In this document: positions 17,896-26,855 of the stretch, piece by piece
Layout: each line of letters begins with the position of its first letter
Position numbering within the stretch: the first letter of the stretch is position 1
IMG/VR virus record: IMGVR_UViG_3300044680_000280
Span: 1 to 64,000 of that record
Length of the DNA stretch: 64,000 nucleotides
Reading direction: 5' to 3' (one strand)
Made by a program: the position numbers and the translations under genes
The notes under the pieces: model-generated
Database searches by the model: none
The model's input: only the letters and a program-made list of their open reading frames with translations
What the model was told of the DNA's origin: nothing

Positions 17896-18524
17896 GTGTT
17901 TTCAACGTAGTCTTTAAAGATGGCCATGTCTGCCCCGTCCAAGTCATATTCCCCGTTGGATATCTTTTCCCCCACGAGAACCGCCACACTGAGGGGCATG
18001 ATGATGGTCGTGATTCCGTGCTTGCGTATCGCACGATTCACTCGACTGTGAAACTCCTCGGTCACATCCCTTTTATTGACGATTTCTGACTCAAGAATTC
18101 GATGGGGATGGCAATTGTAGGGATCCCCCGTGGAGTACGTAACTCGACATTGAAAAGGCCGTGCATTGTAAACCGTGCATTTCTTAGTCCCCTCATCGAG
18201 CAAGGGGCACGGAATCATACTGAGCAGCCAAACTTCGTAGGACGCATCCCTCACCTTGCTCGCGTGTTCCTCAAAGGTAGCCTTTAGGCTGGGCGTCCAG
18301 CGTCCCCTGGATACGAGGTTTTTATATAGAAGCATGCCCTCGACCACGGTCAAATGGACGGGGTGGTAGCAGCAATTCGAACACCCAGAACGACAAGACA
18401 CAGTGAGGCCCTCGTCGTGAGCCGTGTTGCGTACTAACGCCTCAAAGTTGGATGCTACCTCAATCTCGGCCGAATACACTTGAGAAAGACTGATCTCAGC
18501 AATGACTGGGAGTTTGCGGGACAT
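17892..18524 (-). CDS. YkgJ/FliB-like Cys-cluster (Fe-S or Zn) protein
   Basis: CRSGCSNCC...CPLLD...CTVYNARPFQCR. Confidence 0.8.
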   Translation of the reverse strand: MSRKLPVIAEISLSQVYSAEIEVASNFEALVRNTAHDEGLTVSCRSGCSNCCYHPVHLTVVEGMLLYKNLVSRGRWTPSLKATFEEHASKVRDASYEVWLLSMIPCPLLDEGTKKCTVYNARPFQCRVTYSTGDPYNCHPHRILESEIVNKRDVTEEFHSRVNRAIRKHGITTIIMPLSVAVLVGEKISNGEYDLDGADMAIFKDYVENT

Positions 18525-19030
18525 CAGGTATCCTCGTCATCTTTGAGCAAATGATCGAATACCGTTTTCACTTCGGCAACTTTCACCCTACCGAACCTTG
18601 AGGAGGCGGCCCTAATGGAGACGTTCCTGAAGTTCTTTGGCACAATGACGCTCGTGCTGCCCCTCGTGTAAGTAAGAACAATTCGGTCAAGATGCCGCAA
18701 CCTTAGCTTGGGATTCAGGTAGAGAGTTCCGCCGCTCCTCTCAGGTTCACCAAGGAGCCAATCCTGAAAGATTCGAAGCGGTACGGGTGTCTCAAGAAGA
18801 TTTGTAGGATGGGCCACAGAAGTAAGGTCACCCCACTTATAGGAGCGATGGGGCAACACGATAAAGGGCCACTGTTCAAACGGGTTGAACTCAACCTTGT
18901 ACTTTGGATCATCCGATTGGACAATCAACACAGTGTCATCCTTGTCCAAGAGGAGAGTGCTATCGTCCGAGTTGACCTGGACTACGACATACCAGGTCCC
19001 ATCACACGTTACGATGTCACCGCGGTTCAT
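18524..19030 (-). CDS. hypothetical protein
   Basis: Start trimmed to ATG 19030 (TGATG coupling with the upstream gene). Confidence 0.6.
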   Translation of the reverse strand: MNRGDIVTCDGTWYVVVQVNSDDSTLLLDKDDTVLIVQSDDPKYKVEFNPFEQWPFIVLPHRSYKWGDLTSVAHPTNLLETPVPLRIFQDWLLGEPERSGGTLYLNPKLRLRHLDRIVLTYTRGSTSVIVPKNFRNVSIRAASSRFGRVKVAEVKTVFDHLLKDDEDT

Positions 19031-19656
19031 CAGTTGGCCGGAAGAACGCCCGCGTCTCGAAGGATCTCGTCCGTATTGTTGAGCTGGGGAACTCCGTTTC
19101 GCAGCACTTCTGCCGTGGCGGTCGCACGGACACGGTAGTATCCACGACCTTTGGACGGTACCCGCTCGAAGGTCTCGCTGAATGAGGAAAGCAGATACGC
19201 AATGTACGCTCTCGGATTGCTCGAATTGGGAAGCCAATCTCGAACCTTCAGGTCCTCGTAGATACTGAGGGCGTTCATAATGTTCGTCCCCATTACCGTA
19301 ACCATGGCGTCGCGAATCTTCGGACGCCTTCCGTCCGCCACTTCACGGCGACCAACGGCGGCTCGATTGTTATTCGGGGGCTTGGAAGGCTTTGAGGAGG
19401 GGGCCGAGACTGTACGAGCGGTTGGAACAGCCTCGCTAACGACGGGCCGCCTAGAGGGCTCTGGCTCTGTACCGAAGATCGAATCGAACTTCTCAATCTT
19501 CAATCTAAGATGGTCCAGTTGGGCTGACTCATCCGCATATAGGGCGTCCAGCTCATCCTTTTGCTTTTGAATCTCCGAGAGCTTGTCCTGATGTCCCTGC
19601 AATTCTCTTTCGAGACGGCTCCGTAGCTCTTCTTCAATTTTGAGGGTTAGGGACAT
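19030..19656 (-). CDS. coiled-coil protein with probable C-terminal winged-helix-like domain
   Basis: N-terminal heptads; IRDAMVTVM...IYEDLKVRDW...FERVPSKGRGYYRV. Confidence 0.6.
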   Translation of the reverse strand: MSLTLKIEEELRSRLERELQGHQDKLSEIQKQKDELDALYADESAQLDHLRLKIEKFDSIFGTEPEPSRRPVVSEAVPTARTVSAPSSKPSKPPNNNRAAVGRREVADGRRPKIRDAMVTVMGTNIMNALSIYEDLKVRDWLPNSSNPRAYIAYLLSSFSETFERVPSKGRGYYRVRATATAEVLRNGVPQLNNTDEILRDAGVLPAN

Positions 19657-19691
19657 ACCACATCTCCATTTTAACTTGGGGGTACACTTAC

Positions 19692-20231
19692 CTATACACC
19701 GCCCAACAGAGTTTGAAGTACCCGAAGATGCCTTTTATCAAGGTTGCCCGCCTTGATATTCGTGAAATTGCAGGCTTTCACCTGGTAACAAGTAGCTTCT
19801 ACCCCCGGTCCAGCCTTCAAACCATCGCAATTTTCACACCTAGATGTCCCGAAGTTCAACCGAAACCTGAATTGGGCCGCCTCATGCTGAACCTCGCGGT
19901 AGTGCCTAATGAGCTCTTCCGCTGCCCTGTATACCCTCGTGGCGTCTCCTGTTTTGAAAGACTCTAATAGGTTTTCGGCTAGGTCTTCTTGGTCGGGAAC
20001 TCCCGTTGAAGGTCCACCGGACAGATGATCCCCTGTCTTCGTAGATACTGTTCGACCCGTCCCTCCGCGTTCGCCGCCATCAGTCCCGACAACCTCGGAT
20101 CCTTCGTCTTCTCGGCGAGATCGATTGCCGACCTCATGAGGCTCTGCCATTCGTCGTGGGTTTTGGCCGCTCGAATGGTGGATTTTTTGCCGGGAAGGGA
20201 CTTCAGACGAGGGCGGTTGACCATGACTCAC
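19692..20231 (-). CDS. Cys-rich hypothetical protein (the 5' half overlaps another ORF in the -1 frame)
   Basis: C-terminal CENC...C...C; the N-terminal half looks off-frame. Confidence 0.4.
   Translation of the reverse strand: MSHGQPPSSEVPSRQKIHHSSGQNPRRMAEPHEVGNRSRREDEGSEVVGTDGGERGGTGRTVSTKTGDHLSGGPSTGVPDQEDLAENLLESFKTGDATRVYRAAEELIRHYREVQHEAAQFRFRLNFGTSRCENCDGLKAGPGVEATCYQVKACNFTNIKAGNLDKRHLRVLQTLLGGV
19695..19701 (-). promoter_or_regulatory. CGGTGTA upstream element
   Basis: 38 nt before ATG 19656; overlaps the upstream TAG. Confidence 0.55.
19979..20224 (-). CDS. hypothetical protein, 81 aa
   Basis: Mostly G/C third codon positions in this frame; helical-looking sequence. Confidence 0.55.
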   Translation of the reverse strand: MVNRPRLKSLPGKKSTIRAAKTHDEWQSLMRSAIDLAEKTKDPRLSGLMAANAEGRVEQYLRRQGIICPVDLQREFPTKKT

Positions 20232-20620
20232 GATTCCTCTTTAGATTGAGCCTCTGCTTGTGCTTTCAGCATGAGACCACGAGAGATAGCATAAAGAGCA
20301 TCGTATTCGAAGCAGTATTGCTTCTCGAGCTCCTGGGCTTCCTCAAGGGGGTCCGATGGTTCGGATTTCGTGTGGTGATTGATAACGAACTTGGGCTTGT
20401 AAGCACCCTTGATCTCCATCACCATTCGCAGAAATACCGCCCGTTGTCGCCGAACCTGGTAGTCGAGATTGTCGAGCTCTTCTAGTACTTGAACGACGGC
20501 AGTTTGCGTGTCATCGATGGCGGGACGAAGACCTTTGAGAGAACCCACGGCCTTTGCGAGCTCGGGTGTCTTTGCGAGCTCCCTTGCTTGAGCTCGTCGC
20601 ATCTTTCTGCCTAAACTCAT
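20228..20620 (-). CDS. coiled-coil hypothetical protein
   Basis: GGAG SD before ATG 20620. Confidence 0.6.
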   Translation of the reverse strand: MSLGRKMRRAQARELAKTPELAKAVGSLKGLRPAIDDTQTAVVQVLEELDNLDYQVRRQRAVFLRMVMEIKGAYKPKFVINHHTKSEPSDPLEEAQELEKQYCFEYDALYAISRGLMLKAQAEAQSKEES

Positions 20621-20647
20621 CTGTAATCTCCATTTCAACTGCAAATG

Positions 20648-21085
20648 TCAGTCGTCGTCTACACAATCCTCAGTCCGTTTGGGCTGGGGAGTTGGTGGGT
20701 TCCCAGCGAAGGTATCGTAAAACGGATAGGACCCTTTGGTCCTAGACCGATTGAGATAGGCCTGTTCCATATCCACGAGTTCTTGCGTCGGCAGTCTGGT
20801 CACATTACACGCGAGATACTGGAGGTACGGATCAGATGTAACTCGCTTCAGATCTTTTGCCGCCCGCCAATCGTGCTCCAGAGAATAAATGATCTGGTAG
20901 GCGCTCATCGTATCGAGCAGACAGATTCCGGGACGTGCGTCGTCTCCTGGAAATGGGCCCCGTTCGACCCAAACGTTGTTTTTCGTATCCCTGTCGCACT
21001 TCGTGCATTCCCCATGTAGACCGCACCCACACGGGGAAGCCTGACATCGAGAGCACGGAGGTGTGAGGTCGTTACTGTTTCCCAT
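20648..21085 (-). CDS. Cys-rich hypothetical protein
   Basis: CSRC...CGCG...CTKC at the N-terminus. Confidence 0.55.
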   Translation of the reverse strand: MGNSNDLTPPCSRCQASPCGCGLHGECTKCDRDTKNNVWVERGPFPGDDARPGICLLDTMSAYQIIYSLEHDWRAAKDLKRVTSDPYLQYLACNVTRLPTQELVDMEQAYLNRSRTKGSYPFYDTFAGNPPTPQPKRTEDCVDDD

Positions 21086-21086
21086 G

Positions 21087-21344
21087 CTACAGACTTTTCA
21101 AAAGGAACAACTGACTGGTCTCGTGTCCAGCCTCGCATTTTACGGTCACCCGAGAGAAATGGGCGGGTTTACGGCGACGCCGTGTGTGCTTCACATGCGC
21201 AATTGAGGACTCACAAATGAGGCATTTCTCGGGAATATGTGAGATAACTTCCGAGTAGACCTCAATAGGAATAGACTTAGCGATCTCCGCATCCGAAAGA
21301 TCGTCGGAGTCCTCATCAGGTATCGCTAGCGGTTTGAGTGCCAT
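21087..21344 (-). CDS. zinc-ribbon hypothetical protein
   Basis: CLIC...CEAGH; start trimmed to ATG 21344. Confidence 0.55.
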   Translation of the reverse strand: MALKPLAIPDEDSDDLSDAEIAKSIPIEVYSEVISHIPEKCLICESSIAHVKHTRRRRKPAHFSRVTVKCEAGHETSQLFLLKSL

Positions 21345-21541
21345 TTTTCCAATACCCGGTCGAAGCAATACTTGAAGCAAGTGTCCCACCCCCCACCATG
21401 AGAGGCGGTAGAATTGCCATTTTTCGTGTACTCAATCGCCTGACGAATGGCCCTCTCCGACTCCCAAACAGCAATCCAACTAAGGGCATCGCTAAGTGTC
21501 GGTTCCCGGCACGCACGAGCGACAGCTTCGTCGATCTTCAT
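21326..21541 (-). CDS. small hypothetical protein
   Basis: ATGA overlap with the DUF1848-like stop; MKIDEAVARAC... Confidence 0.55.
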   Translation of the reverse strand: MKIDEAVARACREPTLSDALSWIAVWESERAIRQAIEYTKNGNSTASHGGGWDTCFKYCFDRVLEKWHSNR

Positions 21542-22371
21542 GGTATCACCACAAGACCCTTCGTGGAGTTCGACTTCTTCGGGGACAAGGACTTGTCCGA
21601 GGCATAACAGTAGCCACAAGATAGGGTGCACGATTCGTTGAAAGTGAACGGGTCGACCATGATGGCACAGCCACATGATTCGGATTGGGGTTTTGGCTCA
21701 CCCTCGCAGGGAACACATACGCCAGCGGATAGATTTTGCTGGGCCCCCAGGCCATCCAGGGAGTCCTTGTAAACGTTGCAGAGGCGAACCCTTATACGGT
21801 AGGCATCCGCAATCTGAGCCAATTCTCGCATGATTTGGAGACATTCCGTGGCGCTTCGGGTCTCTGGAATCATGTCGTTTGGTTGTAAAAAGGACAAATA
21901 GACGGAGTTCGTCTTCCCTGTCATCCGAGAGGCAATGGACTCGAAACGTTGGTACAAGCTTCGAACCGAGCTTAGAATCGGAACGGGCGAGAACCGCCAT
22001 GAAAGGTTCTCTCTGCCCACAAGATCCGAGAGGTTCGAAGCCCACTGCGTCGCGGTTTCGATGTTGGGCGCTCCCCGTTCCACTTCCTCCCAACCCGTAA
22101 TCGTCACGTGAACCTTGACCTTGTAGGCGGACAGTAAAGCGTAATCGGCGACCAAGTTCTTCGGGACTTTGGTCCAAAAAACCAGGCTGTGCGTTTCTTC
22201 TGGCGCTAAAGACCACCAGTCGGGAACGCCCGTGCGAACGTCGAATGCTTGCATTTTCCCAGAGAGCAGACTCGCCCGAAACCAATCCCATTTAGCTCCC
22301 GGGACATCGGTCCACCGCGAAAGGCTGTAAGGTACAACCTCAGCTCTACCAGAACGAAGAATCGGGGTCAT
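21538..22371 (-). CDS. DUF1848-like (radical-SAM-related) protein
   Basis: SLSRWTDVP, VFWTKVP, WRFSPV, CGC...DPF..NESCTLSCGYCYA. Confidence 0.75.
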   Translation of the reverse strand: MTPILRSGRAEVVPYSLSRWTDVPGAKWDWFRASLLSGKMQAFDVRTGVPDWWSLAPEETHSLVFWTKVPKNLVADYALLSAYKVKVHVTITGWEEVERGAPNIETATQWASNLSDLVGRENLSWRFSPVPILSSVRSLYQRFESIASRMTGKTNSVYLSFLQPNDMIPETRSATECLQIMRELAQIADAYRIRVRLCNVYKDSLDGLGAQQNLSAGVCVPCEGEPKPQSESCGCAIMVDPFTFNESCTLSCGYCYASDKSLSPKKSNSTKGLVVIP

Positions 22372-23249
22372 CCCTCAGAAGATACACCAGCGGCGTCTTC
22401 GAGGGCTTCCCTAATCGTATCCGGATCCAAATCTTTGAGTGCTTTCGCCGAAATGGCGGCGATGAGAGCCTGAAAAACCTCATCCTGAGTGGGGGGCCGG
22501 TCGTCTTTCGACGCGAGGCGCTCCATGAGCTTTGAGACCAGCTCGACCGAGTGGTGACCGATCTCCCCAAACTCGTGTAGAGTGGGTAGGTGCTGTAGGT
22601 GCTTCGTGACCGCTTTGACCGCGATCTTCTTTGCGGTAGAGCTAACGAACGAGCTCATCACGCCCTTCGTGATGGCAACGGCGCCCGCTCCAAGACCGAA
22701 CCCCGCCCCTAAGGCCCCTGAAACTGCCGCAACCGTACAGTGGATGGCCACTTCCCGTATGGCGTGCTTTTGCTTCTTGGAGACTTCCTTGCCGGTCATC
22801 CAAGCATGGATGCCCTCGCCCGCCTCCTTGAACTCCTTGACCTCATGTTTGGCTACATTGTAGGCACTCTCGACGTATTTCATCGGGGCGCTCAGAATCG
22901 ACTTGTGCGCCTTGAGTAGAGTTTCTCGACGATGATCCTCATCATCAACGAATTTTTTGACGGTCGACGGGGTCTTGTGGAGGAACTCCTGGGCCTTCGA
23001 GGACAGACTCTTTGCCAGGTCCTTCCAAGTCAACTTAGGCCCGGCACCGTGTTCGTGCTCATCGTGCTCGACACCGTGACCTCCGTCCGTCTTCTTTTCA
23101 GAAATCTCCCCCGGCTTCTTGACCGTATGATTTTTCGGGTCCGCCTTGGGATGTTCGTGCAGGTAGTCCTTCAGCGCCTTTGGAGTCGGAAACTCGAAGG
23201 CGAGCTGGTAACGAGCCGCCACACGCAGACTCAACACGTCCCTACGCAT
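22368..23249 (-). CDS. hypothetical protein with RVAARY leader
   Basis: MRRDVLSLRVAARYQLA; Gly/Ala hydrophobic segment VAAVSGALGAGFGLGAGAVA. Confidence 0.75.
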   Translation of the reverse strand: MRRDVLSLRVAARYQLAFEFPTPKALKDYLHEHPKADPKNHTVKKPGEISEKKTDGGHGVEHDEHEHGAGPKLTWKDLAKSLSSKAQEFLHKTPSTVKKFVDDEDHRRETLLKAHKSILSAPMKYVESAYNVAKHEVKEFKEAGEGIHAWMTGKEVSKKQKHAIREVAIHCTVAAVSGALGAGFGLGAGAVAITKGVMSSFVSSTAKKIAVKAVTKHLQHLPTLHEFGEIGHHSVELVSKLMERLASKDDRPPTQDEVFQALIAAISAKALKDLDPDTIREALEDAAGVSSEG

Positions 23250-23250
23250 T

Positions 23251-24465
23251 TCAGACCTTGGTGTACTTTTTAGCGAAATGCATGAGGTGGTCGTTGACGA
23301 ACTCTTCAGTGTCGATGTTCCTGTAATCGGACGACCACATGGAACGGGCCTCTCCGAAGTTGTTCACCTTAGGGCCGGCCGAGTAGTAAATGGCCTGCGG
23401 CTTGAACCAGAATCGGAAGTCTCCGTGGGGCGACACGGCGTACGGGATTTTCAGGTGATCGGTAACCCTCCAGCCCTTGGCCTTAAGTGATGCGAAAATC
23501 GCGTCCTGAGCCTGCTTGAAGGTCTTCTTTGCTTTGACCCGAGGCTTCTTCTCCCTCAGGGGATACGCGTCTACCTTCGGTCCTGGCTTCAGTCCCACTT
23601 GACGCATATAGTCCAAATTGATGATATCAGGTAGCTCATCGCAAAGGTCGAAGATGTCCTTGAAAACGTTCGTAACCTCGTGAGACTCAGAGGCGACCCG
23701 AGCGAAAAGCTGGCGCTGACCCTGAAGAAGCCTCTCGAGCTCGGTCAGATAGGTGCGAACCGAGTGAAGAGCTTCCTTGACCTCTTCACCCTCGAGCGTG
23801 GTGGCGTGTGAGAATCCTCGTAGCGCATGCCCCTCGATCTCTTTTGCTCGATGTTGCTCTTTGGCGGGAAGGTCGTTGACGAAGGGTTCTAGGCTCATGA
23901 TGAGATCACGAAACGTATCCGTGGCCTGAGGACCGGTCCTAATGTTCCAGGTCTTTGCCTTTTTCCCTTTTTTCTTATCCTCTAGCTGAAGCGTAACAAT
24001 GGCTTGTTTGGCAATCCGCTCGGGATCCATACTATGCTCGTCCCGAAGTTCGCGAAGGTCACCGACAAGACGATAGTACGTCGACGTAAACGAGGCTTCA
24101 CGTCCCATCGCCAATCGCACGGCGGCAACCGCTTCGGGGTCCTTATCGGGGAATCGAGACGAAGCCTCTGGGGCTGGGGGCGACAAATCGTCCGTCTTCA
24201 AGAGCTCGTTTTGGACTTGGTCGGCTTCCTTTTTTCCGCCCGGCTTGTCACCCTTGTTCTTCATCGACCAAGCAAGTGCCCACGGGTTATCGATCTCATC
24301 GTGTTTTTTCATCTTTTTGACGGTATTCTCCCACCCAGGAGGGGCTACCGCGAGGTGTTCGTCAAGAAGCGGATCTTGCGCCATGGGCCCGGGACGGCTG
24401 ATTGACGCCTCTTCCTCTTGAGTTTGGGCGATTCGTTGAGCAACACGAAGAGCTAGCTTGTCCAT
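23251..24465 (-). CDS. modular hypothetical protein with RVAQR leader
   Basis: MDKLALRVAQRIAQ; internal RLAMGREAS, RIAKQA, RVAS. Confidence 0.75.
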   Translation of the reverse strand: MDKLALRVAQRIAQTQEEEASISRPGPMAQDPLLDEHLAVAPPGWENTVKKMKKHDEIDNPWALAWSMKNKGDKPGGKKEADQVQNELLKTDDLSPPAPEASSRFPDKDPEAVAAVRLAMGREASFTSTYYRLVGDLRELRDEHSMDPERIAKQAIVTLQLEDKKKGKKAKTWNIRTGPQATDTFRDLIMSLEPFVNDLPAKEQHRAKEIEGHALRGFSHATTLEGEEVKEALHSVRTYLTELERLLQGQRQLFARVASESHEVTNVFKDIFDLCDELPDIINLDYMRQVGLKPGPKVDAYPLREKKPRVKAKKTFKQAQDAIFASLKAKGWRVTDHLKIPYAVSPHGDFRFWFKPQAIYYSAGPKVNNFGEARSMWSSDYRNIDTEEFVNDHLMHFAKKYTKV

Positions 24466-24469
24466 GGGT

Positions 24470-24475
24470 TACACC
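24470..24475 (-). promoter_or_regulatory. GGTGTA upstream element
   Basis: 4 nt before ATG 24465. Confidence 0.45.
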
Positions 24476-24493
24476 ACCCAATCAATAAGTGGA

Positions 24494-25213
24494 CTAGAGA
24501 AGTAACCCGGCCTCATCCAGAGCCATATACACGGCTTTCAAAATCTTGGCCTTACTTTGAGGGTTCATGTAGTCCCGAACCTTCTTCCAAGTTTCACTGA
24601 GGTCCACGACGGCTTCTACGAATTGGTGAGGTCTCCCCTTGTACTGCTTTCGCAGGAGGTAGCGGTTCGCGATGTCGAGGCATTGCGAAACAATCTGCTG
24701 CATGTACGCCCGCACCTCATGGGCTTGGTTGAAGTATGCGTTGCGCTCTTCTGGGCTCTCCTTAGGGTCCACAATCTCGTGGGGGAGAAAGCGACCTTCG
24801 GCCGCATGGGTTAACTCGTGAATGAGCACCTTGAAAATATCCGCTGAGACTAGGGGCTGATTTTCAGGATCCGCAAAGTCCCCGAATGTTTTCGAGCCGT
24901 TAATGTGCACCCATATTTCTCGTTTGACAACCGAGTACATCCCACCCACGGTAAAGGAAGTCGACTTGCTAAGAGTGCTTTCGAATAGAACCGGAATGGT
25001 GATGAAGTCGCCCCCGATTACCCAGACGCTGGTTTCCTGATTGTCGAAGATTTTGGCATGGCGACCGACAACCTGTTCCGACGGGAAATGAGCCGTGTAT
25101 TTTGTGATGTAGTGGGCTATACGGTCGGAATCTCTCTTAATCGCCCCGTGGTCGAGAGGAATTGGCCGGGCTTGAATAAACCTGGCAGCGACTCGGAGCG
25201 TGAGAACGTCCAC
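24494..25213 (-). CDS. HExxH metallopeptidase-like protein with RVAARF leader
   Basis: GTG start MDVLTLRVAARFIQA; LIHELTHAAE; YFNQAHEVRAY. Confidence 0.7.
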   Translation of the reverse strand: MDVLTLRVAARFIQARPIPLDHGAIKRDSDRIAHYITKYTAHFPSEQVVGRHAKIFDNQETSVWVIGGDFITIPVLFESTLSKSTSFTVGGMYSVVKREIWVHINGSKTFGDFADPENQPLVSADIFKVLIHELTHAAEGRFLPHEIVDPKESPEERNAYFNQAHEVRAYMQQIVSQCLDIANRYLLRKQYKGRPHQFVEAVVDLSETWKKVRDYMNPQSKAKILKAVYMALDEAGLLL

Positions 25214-25236
25214 AAGAACGCTACCCTATAGAAGGG

Positions 25237-26523
25237 CTAACCGTGAGTCAACAAACGTTCGGTGCGGGTGACGACGGCTTCCCCCCTCGCGCAAATGGAC
25301 TCAGCGGTAATCCGCAATCCGGTCGCATCCCCTTCGCTGGGAAGGTTGTACGCATAAGGTGCGAGGGTCTCCTCCACGATGGATCGCAACGACCGTGCGC
25401 CCGTCGGCCGCTTCTTTGCCTCCCGGCCGATCGCCAACAACGCTTCGTTGTCGAACTCGAGCGCAATGTCATCCATAGCGAACAGGGCCTTGTATTGCTT
25501 CACGATTGCGTTTTCCGGTTCCGTGAGGACTCGAACCATATCCTCCTCGCTAAGCTCGTACGTTGAGGTGAGGATCGGCAGACGCCCTAAAAGCTCTGGG
25601 ATGTAACCGAACTCAAGGACGTCGTCCGGAACAACCGTTCGGTATGCTTCGTCTAAGGAGAGCCTCTTTTTTTCGTTGGATTGGGAACCGAAACCCAGTC
25701 GGGACGCCTTGTTTACACGACGGTCAACGATTTCCTCGATGCCAGCAAAAGACCCAGCAAAGACGAATAAGATGTTCGTTGTGTCGATGACGTCGACATT
25801 GGAGCGAACTGTTCCGTCGGCGCCCACAGTCGTCACGGACGCGTTCTTTCCCATTCCTCGGGTGACGGGCACCTTGCACCCCTCAATGATGCGTAGGAGC
25901 CCCTGCTGGACGCCCTCGCCCGTGATGTCTCGATAACCCGACGCGGAACGCCCGCTCTTGCGAGCTATCTTGTCCGCCTCGTCACAAAGAATGATCCCCC
26001 ACTCGGCGCGGGCCACGTCTCCGCTCGCGTCCTGAATGAGACCCCGAAGCATGTCGTCGGCGTCATCCCCGACGTACCCCTGTTGCGTCAAACGAGAGCA
26101 GTCCTGGACGTAGAACGGAACCTTGAGGAGTCGGCTAATGGCGCGAAACGTTTCGGTCTTGCCGGATCCTGTCGGTCCGAGAACGAGCATGTTCGATTTT
26201 TGGATCGCTACACCCCCGGACTTGAGCATCTTCGATGCTTCGCGCCTCTTGAAGTGGTGGTAAACTGCCGTTGCGACGGTCGTCTTGAGCCGATCCTGGG
26301 AGATGATGTGCCGATCAAGGTACGCCTTGATTTCCTTAGGTTTACCCAGGGCAACCTCGCCCCTCTTTTCCCTCGTGATTTCCTTCAAAAAGATCTCCGA
26401 GGACCCCTTAGCACAATCGGCACAAATGTAGGTGCCTTCCTCTTGTCCCTTGATGAGCCGTCCGTCGGGGACCTCGTTCTTTGCGTGGAGGCAGAAAGAA
26501 CAATGCTGGTCGGTGGTGGGCAT
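25237..26523 (-). CDS. clpX: ATP-dependent Clp protease ATP-binding subunit ClpX
   Basis: C4 zinc finger CSFC...CADC, GPTGSGKT, LTQQGYVGDD, DEADKIARKS, GEGVQQGLL, LGF loop, PELLGRLP, TGARSLRSI. Confidence 0.95.
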   Translation of the reverse strand: MPTTDQHCSFCLHAKNEVPDGRLIKGQEEGTYICADCAKGSSEIFLKEITREKRGEVALGKPKEIKAYLDRHIISQDRLKTTVATAVYHHFKRREASKMLKSGGVAIQKSNMLVLGPTGSGKTETFRAISRLLKVPFYVQDCSRLTQQGYVGDDADDMLRGLIQDASGDVARAEWGIILCDEADKIARKSGRSASGYRDITGEGVQQGLLRIIEGCKVPVTRGMGKNASVTTVGADGTVRSNVDVIDTTNILFVFAGSFAGIEEIVDRRVNKASRLGFGSQSNEKKRLSLDEAYRTVVPDDVLEFGYIPELLGRLPILTSTYELSEEDMVRVLTEPENAIVKQYKALFAMDDIALEFDNEALLAIGREAKKRPTGARSLRSIVEETLAPYAYNLPSEGDATGLRITAESICARGEAVVTRTERLLTHG

Positions 26524-26534
26524 CTCTTCTTACT

Positions 26535-26541
26535 TACACCG
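26535..26541 (-). promoter_or_regulatory. CGGTGTA upstream element
   Basis: 11 nt before the clpX ATG. Confidence 0.6.
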
Positions 26542-26570
26542 GAAAGACGACCAATCGTTGACCTATCGCC

Positions 26571-26855
26571 TCACTCGATGCCCTCGCCCGCAAGAGCCTT
26601 GCTCTTGATCTCGCTCGCGAGCTGCTTTTTCAGAGCCTCAACCTCCTCCGAAACCATCACTGACTTAGCTAGGTGTTTAGCTCTGTACTCTTCTCCATCC
26701 ATGATGGCCCGAAAGTAAGCCTTGGCGATGATGGTCTCGAAGGAATCGTCGGGGAGTTTGGCAACGAGACGCGCCGCCGCCTGGCGAACCTCGGGTCCGC
26801 TCAGGATGGTGAGCCGCTCGGCAACTCGGGCTGCAACTCGATCGGCGATGCTCAC
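26571..26855 (-). CDS. small protein with RVAARVAER leader
   Basis: GTG 26855 overlaps the nitrilase TGA; MSIADRVAARVAERL. Confidence 0.6.
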   Translation of the reverse strand: MSIADRVAARVAERLTILSGPEVRQAAARLVAKLPDDSFETIIAKAYFRAIMDGEEYRAKHLAKSVMVSEEVEALKKQLASEIKSKALAGEGIE

